Assembly (NCBI GenBank): GCA_025937895.1
Contig: JAICQL010000009.1
Coordinates: forward strand, 6,896 to 70,895
Reading direction: 5' to 3'
DNA length: 64,000 nucleotides
DNA from: Polyangiaceae bacterium
GTDB taxonomy: Bacteria; Myxococcota_A; Polyangia; Polyangiales; Polyangiaceae
This document shows positions 16,292 through 26,060 of the stretch, one piece after another (the stretch's first letter is position 1; each line of letters opens with the position of its first letter). The translations under genes were made by a program, and so were the position numbers. Under the pieces are notes generated by a model. The model did no database searches, was not told the origin of the DNA, and was given only the letters and a program-made list of their open reading frames with translations.

Positions 16292-18223
16292 TCAGGCGGA
16301 CACCCCTTCATCCAGCCGCCGCAACCCCTCGAGCAACAGGCCCTCGGGGCTCTCCTCGATCATGCGCTGGGTGGCCACGAAACCTGGATCCACCGCGAAG
16401 TCTCCCGCCTGTAATGCCACCATCGCGTAAAATGCGTCCGCGCCGCGCTTCTTGCCAAAGAGCGCATTGTACACCTGGCCCTCGACGAAGTGGATCTCTC
16501 CGTTGCCCTCGGGCGCGTGGATCTTGAGCGAGCCGGACTTGCGCCCGTGCCACAGCACCTGCACGATATCGGGTAGCCCCATCTCCTGGAGCGAGCCGGA
16601 AACGCCGCGCGCACCCGCGCTGCGCCCGCGCCGGTCCATGATCTGCTTGAGCTTGGTCACCAGCAGGTCCCCGCTGATCGGCTTGGTCACGTAGTCGTCT
16701 GCGCCCAGCTCGAACGCGCGGTCGGCGTCCTGGCGCGCCGTACGGCGGGTGACGATGACCCACGGCAGCTGCTTGCCCCAGCTCTGGCTGCGCGCCTCCT
16801 GCAGCAGGCCGAAGCCGTCGCGAGCGCCCAGGTCGATCTCGCTCACCACCACGTCGATGCGGCCGCCGCGCAGTTGCTTGAGGGCGGCCTCCACCGAGCG
16901 CGCGACGTGCACCTCAAAGCCCTGCTCGATCATGCGCAGCTCGAGCACCGTGGTCTCCTCGGGATCCGTGTCCACGATCAGCGCCAGGTGGCGGTTGGAG
17001 AGCAGGCGCGCCTTGAGTGAGTCGCCGCTCACGGTGTGCTTGAACAGCTCCACCAGGTTGGGGTCGAAGAGCGCGGGCGCGTAGCGTGACAGCACCCCGC
17101 ACGCCTCTTCCGCGTCGAGCGTCTTGGAGAACGGATTCTTGGCGTTGCGGGTCAGATCCGCGTACGTGTCGCAGATCGCGAGCAGGCGCGCGCCGAGCGG
17201 GATGTCCTTGCCGCTGCGCTGCCCCGGCAAGCCGTCGCCGCCGAAGCGCTCATACATGGACTCCAGCGCGTCCAGTGCCTCGTGCGGCAGCTTCACCGCT
17301 TCCATCAGGCGCCCGGGCGCCGTGTACGTGTGCTGCGCGCGCGCGCGCTGCGTCTCGCTCACGCCCACGTTGAGCGCGGTCAGGTGGTGCTCGCCCATCT
17401 TGCCCAGATCGTGCAGCAAGGCCGCGATGCAGTACGCCGCGTGCTGGGAAGGAGACACGCCGATGCGCTGGGAGAGCTTGCCGACCAGTCGCGCCACGTG
17501 TGCGGAGTGCCCGCGCAGATCGCTGCGGCCGCCCTCGATCAGGCTGACCAGCACCTTCAGCGTCTCGCGATAGGCCGAGTCATCGAAGCCGCTGCTGGCG
17601 GGGCCGCCCCCAGCGATCTGCTCCGGGGTCAAGGTGCGCTCCTGCGCCGCCTCGCCCGCCAGGGCAACGGCCATGGACTCCTCGCTGACGAGGTTGCGCT
17701 CGAACACGTCCATCATGCTGCTGAACTGTTCGTGCGCGCTGCGGTCCAGCCTGGCGAAGGCGTGGATGTCGCCGCCGTAGTTCTTGGCGATGGCAGCCTT
17801 GACCGCCAGCGGGCGGCCGACGAACGCCTTCACGTGCTTCGCCCGTGCCGCCATCTGCACCTGCCGCAGCAGGTTGCTGTCGTCCGGGTCCGCCACCACC
17901 ACGCTCAACGTGGCGGAGGCCGCGTCATACATGACGGGGAACGCGGTGCACTGCTCGGCCAGCTTCTTCGGCACCTTCTCCAGGGTGGCGCGGTCGATCT
18001 GGGCCTTGGCCAGCTTCTCCGTCGAGACGAAGCGAGTGCGGTAGGTGTTGGCCAGGAACTTGAGCAGCTCGAGCTCCCCGAGCACGCCCAGATCCAGGAT
18101 GGCCTCTTCGATCCTGCCCCCGAGTAGCTGCTGCTGGCTGAGCACCTTCTCCCGCGCCTCGGCGCTCATCAATCCGCCGTTGACGAGCCATTCAGCCAAT
18201 TTGGGGTTTCCCGTGGGGTGCAT
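16292..18223 (-). CDS. Multidomain signalling protein: MshEN/T2SSE_N-like, HD-GYP-type HD domain (GYP degenerate to GLP), receiver, DUF4388
   Basis: The domains by eye are: GspE-N-like (LELLKFLANTYRTRFVSTEKL...AFPVMYDAASATLSVVVADPDD); HD (AALLHDLGKM...YERFGGDGLPGQ); REC (LALIVDTDPEE...VVVSEIDLG...YVTKP); DUF4388 (GSLQEMGLPDIVQVLWHGRKSGSLKI). The start is taken at ATG 18223. The track start at 18280 is a TTG. Confidence 0.85.
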   Translation of the reverse strand: MHPTGNPKLAEWLVNGGLMSAEAREKVLSQQQLLGGRIEEAILDLGVLGELELLKFLANTYRTRFVSTEKLAKAQIDRATLEKVPKKLAEQCTAFPVMYDAASATLSVVVADPDDSNLLRQVQMAARAKHVKAFVGRPLAVKAAIAKNYGGDIHAFARLDRSAHEQFSSMMDVFERNLVSEESMAVALAGEAAQERTLTPEQIAGGGPASSGFDDSAYRETLKVLVSLIEGGRSDLRGHSAHVARLVGKLSQRIGVSPSQHAAYCIAALLHDLGKMGEHHLTALNVGVSETQRARAQHTYTAPGRLMEAVKLPHEALDALESMYERFGGDGLPGQRSGKDIPLGARLLAICDTYADLTRNAKNPFSKTLDAEEACGVLSRYAPALFDPNLVELFKHTVSGDSLKARLLSNRHLALIVDTDPEETTVLELRMIEQGFEVHVARSVEAALKQLRGGRIDVVVSEIDLGARDGFGLLQEARSQSWGKQLPWVIVTRRTARQDADRAFELGADDYVTKPISGDLLVTKLKQIMDRRGRSAGARGVSGSLQEMGLPDIVQVLWHGRKSGSLKIHAPEGNGEIHFVEGQVYNALFGKKRGADAFYAMVALQAGDFAVDPGFVATQRMIEESPEGLLLEGLRRLDEGVSA

Positions 18224-18587
18224 CGACTTGGTAGCCGCAGGGCGCGGCGAGCGCCGGAGGGCACTGACACCCACCGGCAAGAGACGGTCACTGATCTAAA
18301 CGGCGCGGCACCGAGACACGTGCGCCGCTATCTGGAAATATGTAATGAGTCGGCGACGGTGACCGCTGAGCTGCCGATTTCGGGGAGATATCCGTGGCCA
18401 AGGTCGGCAAATGGCTGCGTGCGTGCGCCCTCCTGTCCGCGTAGCTCACGCGCGCATCACGGAGGGGGGCGAGGCGCCTAGCCCGCTGGCTGGGTCATCT
18501 GGCCGAGCCGCTTGCGCAGCCCTTGCTTGACGGAGGCGAGCGATGCCGCTAGAAGCTCCCGCTCCTCAAATCTCCGTCCAGCGAGCC

Positions 18588-19025
18588 ATGCGAACCTTTG
18601 TTGCCAAGCCCCAGGAAGCCGTCGCCCAACGTAAGTGGTGGGTGGTGGATGCACAAAACCAGCCCCTCGGCCGAGTGGCAAGCCGTGTCGCCAGCTTACT
18701 GCGCGGCAAGCACAAGGTAGTCTACACGCCGCACGTAGACACCGGCGACTTCGTCATCGTCGTCAACGCCACCAGCATCAAGGTGACCGGCAAGAAGGCG
18801 GGCGAGAAGATGTACTACCGCCACAGCGGCTACCCGGGTGGTATCCGCCAGCGCAGCTACGAGGATCTGCTGGAGCAGAAGCCCGACGCGCCGCTGACCC
18901 TGGCCATTCGCGGCATGCTGCCGAAGAACGTGCTCGGCCGGCAGATGATCAAGAAGTTGAAGGTTTACCCCAGCGCCCAGCATCCGCACGCGGCGCAGCA
19001 ACCGCAGGCTCTCAGCTGGAAGTAA
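18588..19025 (+). CDS. rplM: 50S ribosomal protein L13
   Basis: [43 protein letters not shown]... Confidence 0.95.
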   Translation: MRTFVAKPQEAVAQRKWWVVDAQNQPLGRVASRVASLLRGKHKVVYTPHVDTGDFVIVVNATSIKVTGKKAGEKMYYRHSGYPGGIRQRSYEDLLEQKPDAPLTLAIRGMLPKNVLGRQMIKKLKVYPSAQHPHAAQQPQALSWK

Positions 19026-19046
19026 CACTTCCGCCAGCGAACTCTC

Positions 19047-19445
19047 ATGCCCGAAACAACTGCCCGTTACGCCACTGGAAAACGCAAGACTGCCATTGCC
19101 CGTGTCTGGCTCAGCGCCGACGGCGATGGCTCGATCACCGTCAACGGCAAGCCCGTGGACGAGTACTTTGAGCGGGCGACGGCTCGCATGGTCGTGCGCC
19201 AGTCGCTGGAAGCGCTGGAGCTCAACGACAAGTTCAGCGCCGTCGCCACGGTGAGCGGCGGTGGTCACAGCGCCCAGGCCGAGGCCATGCGCCATGGCAT
19301 CGCGCGCGCTCTGATCGCTGATGACCCGGAGCGCCGTGGGGTGCTGAAGAAGGCCGGCTTTCTGACGCGCGACGATCGCCAGAAGGAGCGCAAGAAGTAC
19401 GGTCAGCCCGGCGCTCGCAAGCGCTTCCAGTACTCCAAGCGCTGA
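19047..19445 (+). CDS. rpsI: 30S ribosomal protein S9
   Basis: ...[14 protein letters not shown]...[19 protein letters not shown]...[17 protein letters not shown]. Confidence 0.95.
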   Translation: MPETTARYATGKRKTAIARVWLSADGDGSITVNGKPVDEYFERATARMVVRQSLEALELNDKFSAVATVSGGGHSAQAEAMRHGIARALIADDPERRGVLKKAGFLTRDDRQKERKKYGQPGARKRFQYSKR

Positions 19446-19553
19446 GCCGAGTGCCGCAGCCAGGCTGCGGTGGAGCGCCGATCACTCGAGGTCGTCGGCT
19501 CGCGACAGGATCGCGAGCCTGGGCCGCGAGCGAAGCGCTCACGATACGCCGAA

Positions 19554-19593
19554 CGCCCGGGTATGCAACAGCGTGCCCGGGCGCGGCTATTTT
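19554..19593 (+). terminator. Hairpin with T-tract after rpsI
   Basis: An 8-bp stem CGCCCGGG / CCCGGGCG with a 14-nt loop, followed by CGGCTATTTTG. Confidence 0.45.
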
Positions 19594-19723
19594 GAGCTAG
19601 TGGACCCGTTGCGTCGCGCGCGAAAGCCGCCCGGCGCTTCCCGCCGGTGAACGGAGCGCGGCGCGTTTCGCCGGATCAGCTTGTGGCGCGGCGCTCGCCT
19701 GTTCGATCATGGGGGTTCGACCC

Positions 19724-21820
19724 ATGTCACGTTTTTCCTTGCGCAGCGACTTTGAGCCCCGGGGCGATCAGCCGAGGGCGATCGAAGCGCTGGTGCGCGG
19801 GCTAGAGGAGGGGAAACGCGCCCAGACGCTGCTGGGCATCACGGGCAGCGGCAAGACGTTCACCGTCGCCAACGTGATCCAGGCCTATGACCGGCCCACC
19901 TTGATCATGGCCCCGAACAAGACGCTCGCCGCCCAGCTGTACGGCGAGATGAAGGACCTGTTTCCGGACGCTGCCGTCAACTACTTCGTCAGCTACTACG
20001 ACTACTACCAGCCGGAAGCGTACATCCCGGCCAGCGACACCTTCGTGGAGAAGGACGCGATCATCAACGACCAGATCGATCGCATGCGCCACGCGGCCAC
20101 GCACTCGCTGCTGTCGCGCGATGACGTGATCATCGTCGCCAGCGTCAGCTGCATCTACGGCATCGGCTCGGCAGAGAGCTACCACGGGCTGCTGATCGAG
20201 ATCGTGCGGGGCGAGGAGCTGGGGCGAGACGTGCTGCTGCGCCGGCTGGTGGACATTCAGTACCAGCGCAACGACGTGGACTTTCATCGCGGCACCTTCC
20301 GCGTGCGCGGCGATGTGGTGGAGATCTTCCCTGCCTACGAGGAGGCGGAGGCGATCCGGGTGGAGTTCTTCGGCGACGAGGTGGACAACATCCAGCGAGT
20401 CGATCCGCTGCGCGGGCGCGTGCTCGGCTCGCTCGACCGCTACGCCGTGTACCCGGGCTCGCACTACGTGACGCCCAAGGAGCAGATGGCGCGCGCCATC
20501 CAGTCCATCCGGCTGGAGCTCAGGGATCGGCTGGCCTGGTTCGACAAGGAGGGGCGCTTTCTGGAGAAGCAGCGGCTCGAGCAGCGCACCTCATACGATC
20601 TCGAGATGCTGGAGCAGATGGGCTTCGTGCAGGGCATCGAGAACTACTCGCGCCACCTCTCCGGGCGCGCCACGGGGGAGCCGCCGCCCACCCTGATCGA
20701 CTACTTCCCGCGCGACTTCTTGCTCGTCATCGACGAGTCGCACCAGACCGTGCCGCAGATCGGCGCGATGTTCCGCGGCGATCGCTCGCGCAAGGAGACG
20801 CTGGTGGAGTACGGCTTTCGCCTGCCCAGCGCGCTCGACAACCGCCCGCTCACGTTCGAAGAGTTCGAGAAGCACATGCACCGCACGTTGTTCGTCTCGG
20901 CCACGCCGGGCGACTACGAGCTGCAGCACCAGGATGCCCCGGCGGTGGAGCAGGTGATCCGCCCCACGGGCTTGATGGATCCGGAGATCGAGCTGCGGCC
21001 GGTGAGCGGCCAGGTCGACAACCTGCTGGAAGAGATCCGGGTACGCGCCAGGCAGAACGAGCGCGTGCTGGTCACCACCTTGACCAAGCGCATGGCGGAG
21101 GATCTGACCGAATACTACGCCGAGCTGGGGGTGCGGGTGCGCTACCTGCACTCGGACGTGGACACCCTGGAGCGCATCGAGCTGCTGCGCGACCTGCGCG
21201 CGGGTGAATACGACGTGCTGGTGGGCATCAACCTGCTGCGCGAGGGCCTGGATCTGCCGGAGGTGAGCCTGGTGGCGATCCTGGACGCGGACAAGGAGGG
21301 CTTTCTGCGCAGCCCGCGCTCGCTGATCCAGACCATCGGGCGCGCGGCGCGCAACGCCAAGGGGCGGGTGCTCATGTACGCGGATCGTGTGACCGACGCC
21401 ATGCGCCACGCCATCGACGAGACGGAGCGCCGCCGCAAGGTGCAGCGCGCATACAACGAGGAGCACGGCATCACGCCGGAGACGGTGAGCCGCGCGATCC
21501 TGGACGTGGTGCACCAGAGCGGCGAGCGCGACTACTACGCCGTGCCGGCGCTGCGCTCGCGCGAGAAGGGCGAGCGCAAGGGGGCCGCGGCCGCAGCGCA
21601 GGCCTCCGAGGGCGAGTGGATGGAGCGCATCCAGGCGCTGCGGCAGGAGATGTTTCTGGCCGCCGAGAACCTGGAGTTCGAGAAGGCGGCGCGCCTGCGC
21701 GACGAGCTGCGCAAGCTGCAGGCGGAGCTGGGGCCCGCAGTGGCGGCGCAAGCCACGGAGCTGCGCGCGCCGCGCCGTGCCCCCGCGAAGAAGCGGCCGA
21801 GCAAGCGCCGGGCAAACTGA
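19724..21820 (+). CDS. uvrB: Excinuclease ABC subunit B
   Basis: [30 protein letters not shown]...GITGSGKTF...; a C-terminal UVR motif. The track ORF starts 5 codons earlier, at 19709. Confidence 0.95.
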   Translation: MSRFSLRSDFEPRGDQPRAIEALVRGLEEGKRAQTLLGITGSGKTFTVANVIQAYDRPTLIMAPNKTLAAQLYGEMKDLFPDAAVNYFVSYYDYYQPEAYIPASDTFVEKDAIINDQIDRMRHAATHSLLSRDDVIIVASVSCIYGIGSAESYHGLLIEIVRGEELGRDVLLRRLVDIQYQRNDVDFHRGTFRVRGDVVEIFPAYEEAEAIRVEFFGDEVDNIQRVDPLRGRVLGSLDRYAVYPGSHYVTPKEQMARAIQSIRLELRDRLAWFDKEGRFLEKQRLEQRTSYDLEMLEQMGFVQGIENYSRHLSGRATGEPPPTLIDYFPRDFLLVIDESHQTVPQIGAMFRGDRSRKETLVEYGFRLPSALDNRPLTFEEFEKHMHRTLFVSATPGDYELQHQDAPAVEQVIRPTGLMDPEIELRPVSGQVDNLLEEIRVRARQNERVLVTTLTKRMAEDLTEYYAELGVRVRYLHSDVDTLERIELLRDLRAGEYDVLVGINLLREGLDLPEVSLVAILDADKEGFLRSPRSLIQTIGRAARNAKGRVLMYADRVTDAMRHAIDETERRRKVQRAYNEEHGITPETVSRAILDVVHQSGERDYYAVPALRSREKGERKGAAAAAQASEGEWMERIQALRQEMFLAAENLEFEKAARLRDELRKLQAELGPAVAAQATELRAPRRAPAKKRPSKRRAN

Positions 21821-21868
21821 CGGCCGGCGCAGCGTGATGGCTGCGCTGGCGAGCTACTCCCGCTCAGC

Positions 21869-22702
21869 TCACTGCGGCCAGGCCTTGGCCAGGGCCAGCG
21901 TGGCCAGCGCCACCGGCAGCAACCACAGCGCACAGCTGGCGACCTGCCCGTGCTGCAGCAGGCGCCGCAGCGCAAATAGCGCGAGCAAGCCGGCGCACAG
22001 CGCCGCCAGCGCGCCGCTGAGCAGCACCAGGGGGGAGCCGGTGAGGCGCTCGGCGCCGGCCAGGTCGAGCACCACCGTGGCCAGGAGCACGGGCAGGGTG
22101 GCCAGCATGCCGAGCTCGAACGCCCGCTCGGGGCGCACGCCGAGCCAGAGCGCGGTGGTGAGAGTGGCAGCGCTGCGCGACAGCCCGGGCAGCCAGGCCA
22201 GGCACAAACCCAGCGCGAGCAACAGGGCACCGCGCAGGCCCAGACTGGTGCGCCCGCTGCTGCGCGCCCACAGGGTGGAGGTGAGCCAGAGCGAGGTCAA
22301 GATCAGCCCGAAGCCGATCGCCAGGGGCTGGCTCTGCCAGCGCTCCAGCGGGGGCTGCAGCACTGCGCCCACCAGCACCGCGGGCAGGCTGGCCACGGCG
22401 AGAAAGCTGAGCTCGCCGCCGGGCGCGCTCGGCCCCGGTAGCTGCCCCGCGCGCAGGCCGCGCCACAGCGCCGCCGCGCCCTGAGCGAGCCGCTCGTGGA
22501 AGTAGATCACGCCCGCCAGCAACGTGCCGGCATGCAGGCAGGCGTGCAGGGTCAAGCGCTCGGCGCTGTCGAGATAGGACGCGCCGGCACCCACGTCGAA
22601 CAGCGTCTCCGCCAGCGCCACGTGCCCGGTGCTGGCGAGCGGCAAATACTCCGTCAGCCCCTGGATCAAGCCCAGGCACAGCACCTCTTCGATCCCAGGC
22701 AT
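21869..22702 (-). CDS. uppP: Undecaprenyl-diphosphate phosphatase
   Basis: 277 aa and polytopic. The N-terminal motif is GLTEYLPLASTGHV. Confidence 0.9.
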   Translation of the reverse strand: MPGIEEVLCLGLIQGLTEYLPLASTGHVALAETLFDVGAGASYLDSAERLTLHACLHAGTLLAGVIYFHERLAQGAAALWRGLRAGQLPGPSAPGGELSFLAVASLPAVLVGAVLQPPLERWQSQPLAIGFGLILTSLWLTSTLWARSSGRTSLGLRGALLLALGLCLAWLPGLSRSAATLTTALWLGVRPERAFELGMLATLPVLLATVVLDLAGAERLTGSPLVLLSGALAALCAGLLALFALRRLLQHGQVASCALWLLPVALATLALAKAWPQ

Positions 22703-22762
22703 CCGGCGCTGCCGGTATATCAGAAGCGCCGGTGCAGGCCAAAAGCGAGCGCCCCCGGGCGC

Positions 22763-23344
22763 TCAGCGCTGGCTCTGGGCCGAGGCGATGGCGCTCACCA
22801 GCTCGTCCGCGCCGATCACCCCCACCCCGGCTTGCGAGACACGCCCCGCCGCGTCGATCACGACCAGGGTGGGCAGGCTCTGCGCTCCGTAGGCGTTCGC
22901 CACTTCACCCGAGTCGAACACGCTGGGATACGGCAGCTGGTGTGACTGCGCGAAGGCCTCGGCCTGATCGGGGCTGTCCGCCGTATTGATGCCCACGAAC
23001 ACGACTTTGTCGTCGGCGTAGCGCGGCGCCAGCTGGCTCAGGATGCGGGCCTGCGCCACACAGGGCTTGCACCAGCTGGCCCAGAAATCCAGGATGACCA
23101 CGTTGCCCGCCAGCGCCTTCAGGCTGATGCGGCTGGGCGTGTCGGCAGCACCGGCACCGTCATGTAACACGGGCAGGCTGAAGTCCGGCGCCTGCTCGCC
23201 CTGCATGCGGCTCATCGGGGAGACGCGCCGGGCCAGGTGCGGCAGCACCGCGTAGCCAAACACGGCACTGCACAGCAGCACCACCGCAGCGGGCAGCCAG
23301 CTCGGCCCCTTGCGCTGGCGGGGACGCTCGATCTTCTCGGTCAT
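22763..23344 (-). CDS. TlpA/ResA-like membrane-anchored thiol:disulfide oxidoreductase
   Basis: Starts at MTEKIE... It has an N-terminal TM segment and the thioredoxin motif FWASWCKPC. Its ATG overlaps the stop of the upstream kinase gene (ATGA). Confidence 0.85.
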   Translation of the reverse strand: MTEKIERPRQRKGPSWLPAAVVLLCSAVFGYAVLPHLARRVSPMSRMQGEQAPDFSLPVLHDGAGAADTPSRISLKALAGNVVILDFWASWCKPCVAQARILSQLAPRYADDKVVFVGINTADSPDQAEAFAQSHQLPYPSVFDSGEVANAYGAQSLPTLVVIDAAGRVSQAGVGVIGADELVSAIASAQSQR

Positions 23345-25020
23345 TTGCTCTCCGTGGCAGCGATGGTGTGCGCCGCCGCATGGGGCTCGCCGCCCAGGCC
23401 CGGCCCACTGCTCTCCATGGTGCCGCGCCCCTTGCCGGGCACGCTGCGCTCCTCCCCCGAGTCGTCGAAGGGCAACACGATGCTGATGCGCGCGCCGCCG
23501 AGCGGGCTGTCGCCGACCTCGATGGTGCCGCCGTGCTCGACGACGATTTTCTTGACGATGGCCAGACCGAGCCCGGTGCCGCCTGCCGTATGGGTCACGT
23601 AGGGGTCGAAGATCGTGGGTCGCAGTGCCTGCGGGATGCCAGGGCCGTTGTCGTCCACGTGCAGGCGCAGCCACTTGCCGGAGGGCGGCTCCAGCACGAT
23701 CTGGATGAGTGGCTCCTGCCGCTGCCCGTCTGCTCCCTGGCGTACAAACTGCTCACTCGCGCGGCTCGAGTTGTTGATCAGGTTGATCAACACGCGGCGG
23801 AACATCTGGCGATCCAGGCGCACCGGCGTGGCGCCCTGGGGCAGCACGAACTCCAGCCGCGGCTTGCTCTGGGCACCAGAGCTCTGCGCCACATTGTTCT
23901 GCGCCACATTGCTCTCAGAGCCCAGCGCCGCACCGAGCTGCTGCTGATCGCGCTGCGCCTGCAGAAAGGCTCCGAGATCATCGGCGCCGACCTTGGCCTT
24001 GGGCAGCCGCGCAAAGTCGGAGAACTCGCTCACCAGGCGCCGCAAGGTGCCCACCTCGGCCTCGACCACCTCCAGGGTGGTGTTGACCACCTGGCGATAG
24101 GCCGGGTCGGAGCCCGTGTAGCGCTGGTGGATCTCCTGCACGGCGAGCTGGATGGGGGTCAGCGGGTTCTTGATCTCGTGCGCCAGCCGCCGCGCCATGC
24201 CCTGCCAGGTGGCGAGCTGCTGCAAGTACTCGATGCGGCTGCGGTTGGTCTCGATCTCACCCAGCATGTGGTTGAACGCCCGCGCCAGCTCGCCGATCTC
24301 GTCGTTGCCGCCCACCTGCACGCGCAGGCTGAGATCGCCCGCGCCCACGCGCTCGGTGGCGGTGACCAGGCGCGCCAGACGCGTGGAGACACCGCGGGCC
24401 AGGCTGCTGCCCACGCCCACCGCGGCCACGATGGTGATGCCGAGCAGCGCGGCAAAGGCATACACGTAGGTCTGCTCGTCCGTCTCCCGCCGCTGCTCCA
24501 CCTGAGAGTAGGCGTCGACGAAGCGGCTCACCTCCTCCAGCTCTTCGAAGCGAGCGCGATCGGTAGCAAAGACCGCCTCCAGCACCGCGTCATCCCCCAC
24601 GTCCTGGTAGACCTGCAGCTGCAGCTCGCGCTCCGGATCGACGGGGCGCCCGCGGTGGGTGCGGGCCAGCTCCACCTCGTTCGAGTCGCGCACGGAGAGC
24701 GATGCCAGCTCCGGCCTGCGCTCGAGCTCGCCGTGCAGCGCCAGGGCCAGCTGCTCGGGGCTGCGTGCCCGCGCGGCCGCGCGCAGGGCAGGGGAGGCGG
24801 CCATGGCCTCGGCCTCGGCGCGCATGCGACCCTTCACCGCCCCCGCCAGCTCCTGATACAGCTCGAGCGACTGGCTCAGGCGCTGGCCGATCTCGGGCAA
24901 GAAGAAGCGCGCCGTGCTCTGCCGCAGCATGCTGCGCGAGAGCCAGATGGCGGCGCACACCGGGATCAACGCGGTGAGCACGATGGCCAGCGCCAGGCGG
25001 CGTCGAATTCGACCGCGCAT
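23341..25020 (-). CDS. Sensor histidine kinase (2 TM, HAMP, HisKA, HATPase_c)
   Basis: 559 aa. H-box: LAHEIKNPLTPI. G-box: GTGLGLAIVKKIVVEHGG. HAMP: GNDEIGELARAFNHM. No response regulator is adjacent. Confidence 0.9.
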   Translation of the reverse strand: MRGRIRRRLALAIVLTALIPVCAAIWLSRSMLRQSTARFFLPEIGQRLSQSLELYQELAGAVKGRMRAEAEAMAASPALRAAARARSPEQLALALHGELERRPELASLSVRDSNEVELARTHRGRPVDPERELQLQVYQDVGDDAVLEAVFATDRARFEELEEVSRFVDAYSQVEQRRETDEQTYVYAFAALLGITIVAAVGVGSSLARGVSTRLARLVTATERVGAGDLSLRVQVGGNDEIGELARAFNHMLGEIETNRSRIEYLQQLATWQGMARRLAHEIKNPLTPIQLAVQEIHQRYTGSDPAYRQVVNTTLEVVEAEVGTLRRLVSEFSDFARLPKAKVGADDLGAFLQAQRDQQQLGAALGSESNVAQNNVAQSSGAQSKPRLEFVLPQGATPVRLDRQMFRRVLINLINNSSRASEQFVRQGADGQRQEPLIQIVLEPPSGKWLRLHVDDNGPGIPQALRPTIFDPYVTHTAGGTGLGLAIVKKIVVEHGGTIEVGDSPLGGARISIVLPFDDSGEERSVPGKGRGTMESSGPGLGGEPHAAAHTIAATESK

Positions 25021-25174
25021 TCAGGCTGGGACGTACAACCGAGCCGGCGGTGGCGCAACCCTGCGCGGCCTCCGCGCGGGCAGCGGAGTGGGGCGGGCTC
25101 TTCAGGGGTGAGGCGTGCCGGCGCCTCGCGAACGCCGGGCGGGGTAACCAGCGTGCGCCAGCTGCGTACAGGGC

Positions 25175-25894
25175 TCAGGCGTGGAGCGCCAGCAAGCTGC
25201 CGGCAGGTGGGGCGCTGCCTGATGCGGAGGACTGCGGCGCGGCAGCCTGCTCACCGGCGTCACCACCGTGGGCCAGCTCACGCGCCCGGCCGTAGCGCTC
25301 CGCCGCCATCTCTGCCCGCGCCTGCTGAGCCTGCTGGGCCGCGTGGGCCGCCACCTGATGGTCCGCACCGGAGGGGCTGGCCGGTGCCATTGCCGCGCGC
25401 TGCACGACCTCCATCTTGCGCAGGGTGGCCTCCGGGTCGCCGGGCACCGCTGCCACGTCGATCGGGGTGGAGCCGGCAACCGCGTAGCGCTTGCCGTCGG
25501 GCCCCACCTCGAAGTCGAGGTGAATCCCGCCCGCGTACGCCCCGCCCACGCTGCGGTGGGTCTGCTCGTGCGCGCGCACCTCGCGGTCACGCCGCTGCAG
25601 CTCCTCTACCACTTGCTGCTCGTCGCCCGAGAGCTCCTGCTCGCCGCCGGGAGCGCTCGACACCTCGCCCGCGAGGCGCTCGTCTTCCTGCTCGCGCGGT
25701 GGTGCCGCATCGAGCCCGCCGCCCCAGTGCAGGATGGCGGCCTGCTCCCCGGCGCTGCGGGTGCGCGCGCCGAGGCCCCTGCCGCTGCCCTCGACGGGGC
25801 GGGGCTCGCGCTCCTCGCGCGGGCGCAAGGCGGGTGCGCCCAACACCGGAACGGTGGCGGCCAGGCGCAGGTTGGTCTGCAGTTGAATCGCCAG
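25175..25894 (-). CDS. SprA-related (putative metalloprotease-like) family protein; start uncertain
   Basis: The conserved core is EELQRRDREVRAHEQTHRSVGGAYAGGIHLDFEVGPDGKRYAVAGSTPIDVAAVPGDPEATLRKMEVVQRAAMAPASPSGAD. The track ORF (to 26212) overlaps the upstream gene and a T6 tract. There is no ATG, GTG or TTG near the expected N-terminus except GTG 25846. CTG 25894 is used here as a placeholder. Confidence 0.6.
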   Translation of the reverse strand: MAIQLQTNLRLAATVPVLGAPALRPREEREPRPVEGSGRGLGARTRSAGEQAAILHWGGGLDAAPPREQEDERLAGEVSSAPGGEQELSGDEQQVVEELQRRDREVRAHEQTHRSVGGAYAGGIHLDFEVGPDGKRYAVAGSTPIDVAAVPGDPEATLRKMEVVQRAAMAPASPSGADHQVAAHAAQQAQQARAEMAAERYGRARELAHGGDAGEQAAAPQSSASGSAPPAGSLLALHA

Positions 25895-26060
25895 GTTGCC
25901 TCGAAGCGGAGCGTTAGCGAGCCAAAAAGGGCGGGCGAGAGGGTGCTCTCTGCCTGCAATCGGGAACGGGCCAGCGGCGGTGGACTTGAGCAAAAAAGCG
26001 CCTGCCCGCGCGGGTGAGCCGCCACGCCCTTTCGGCGCTGGCGCGAACTGAGGAGTGCGT

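Noticed and set aside
23368-25917. 849-aa ORF on the plus strand
   Set aside because: It is entirely antisense to the well-supported histidine kinase and SprA-like genes. Its Arg/Ala/Gly/Pro-rich composition is typical of high-GC shadow frames, and it has no recognisable motif.
25992-26020. Rho-independent terminator after the 26061 gene (minus strand, GC-rich palindrome followed by T6)
   Set aside because: The T6 tract is striking, but the preceding stem is only 4-5 bp or loop-less. This is too weak to list as a feature, so it is used only as an argument about the SprA-like start.
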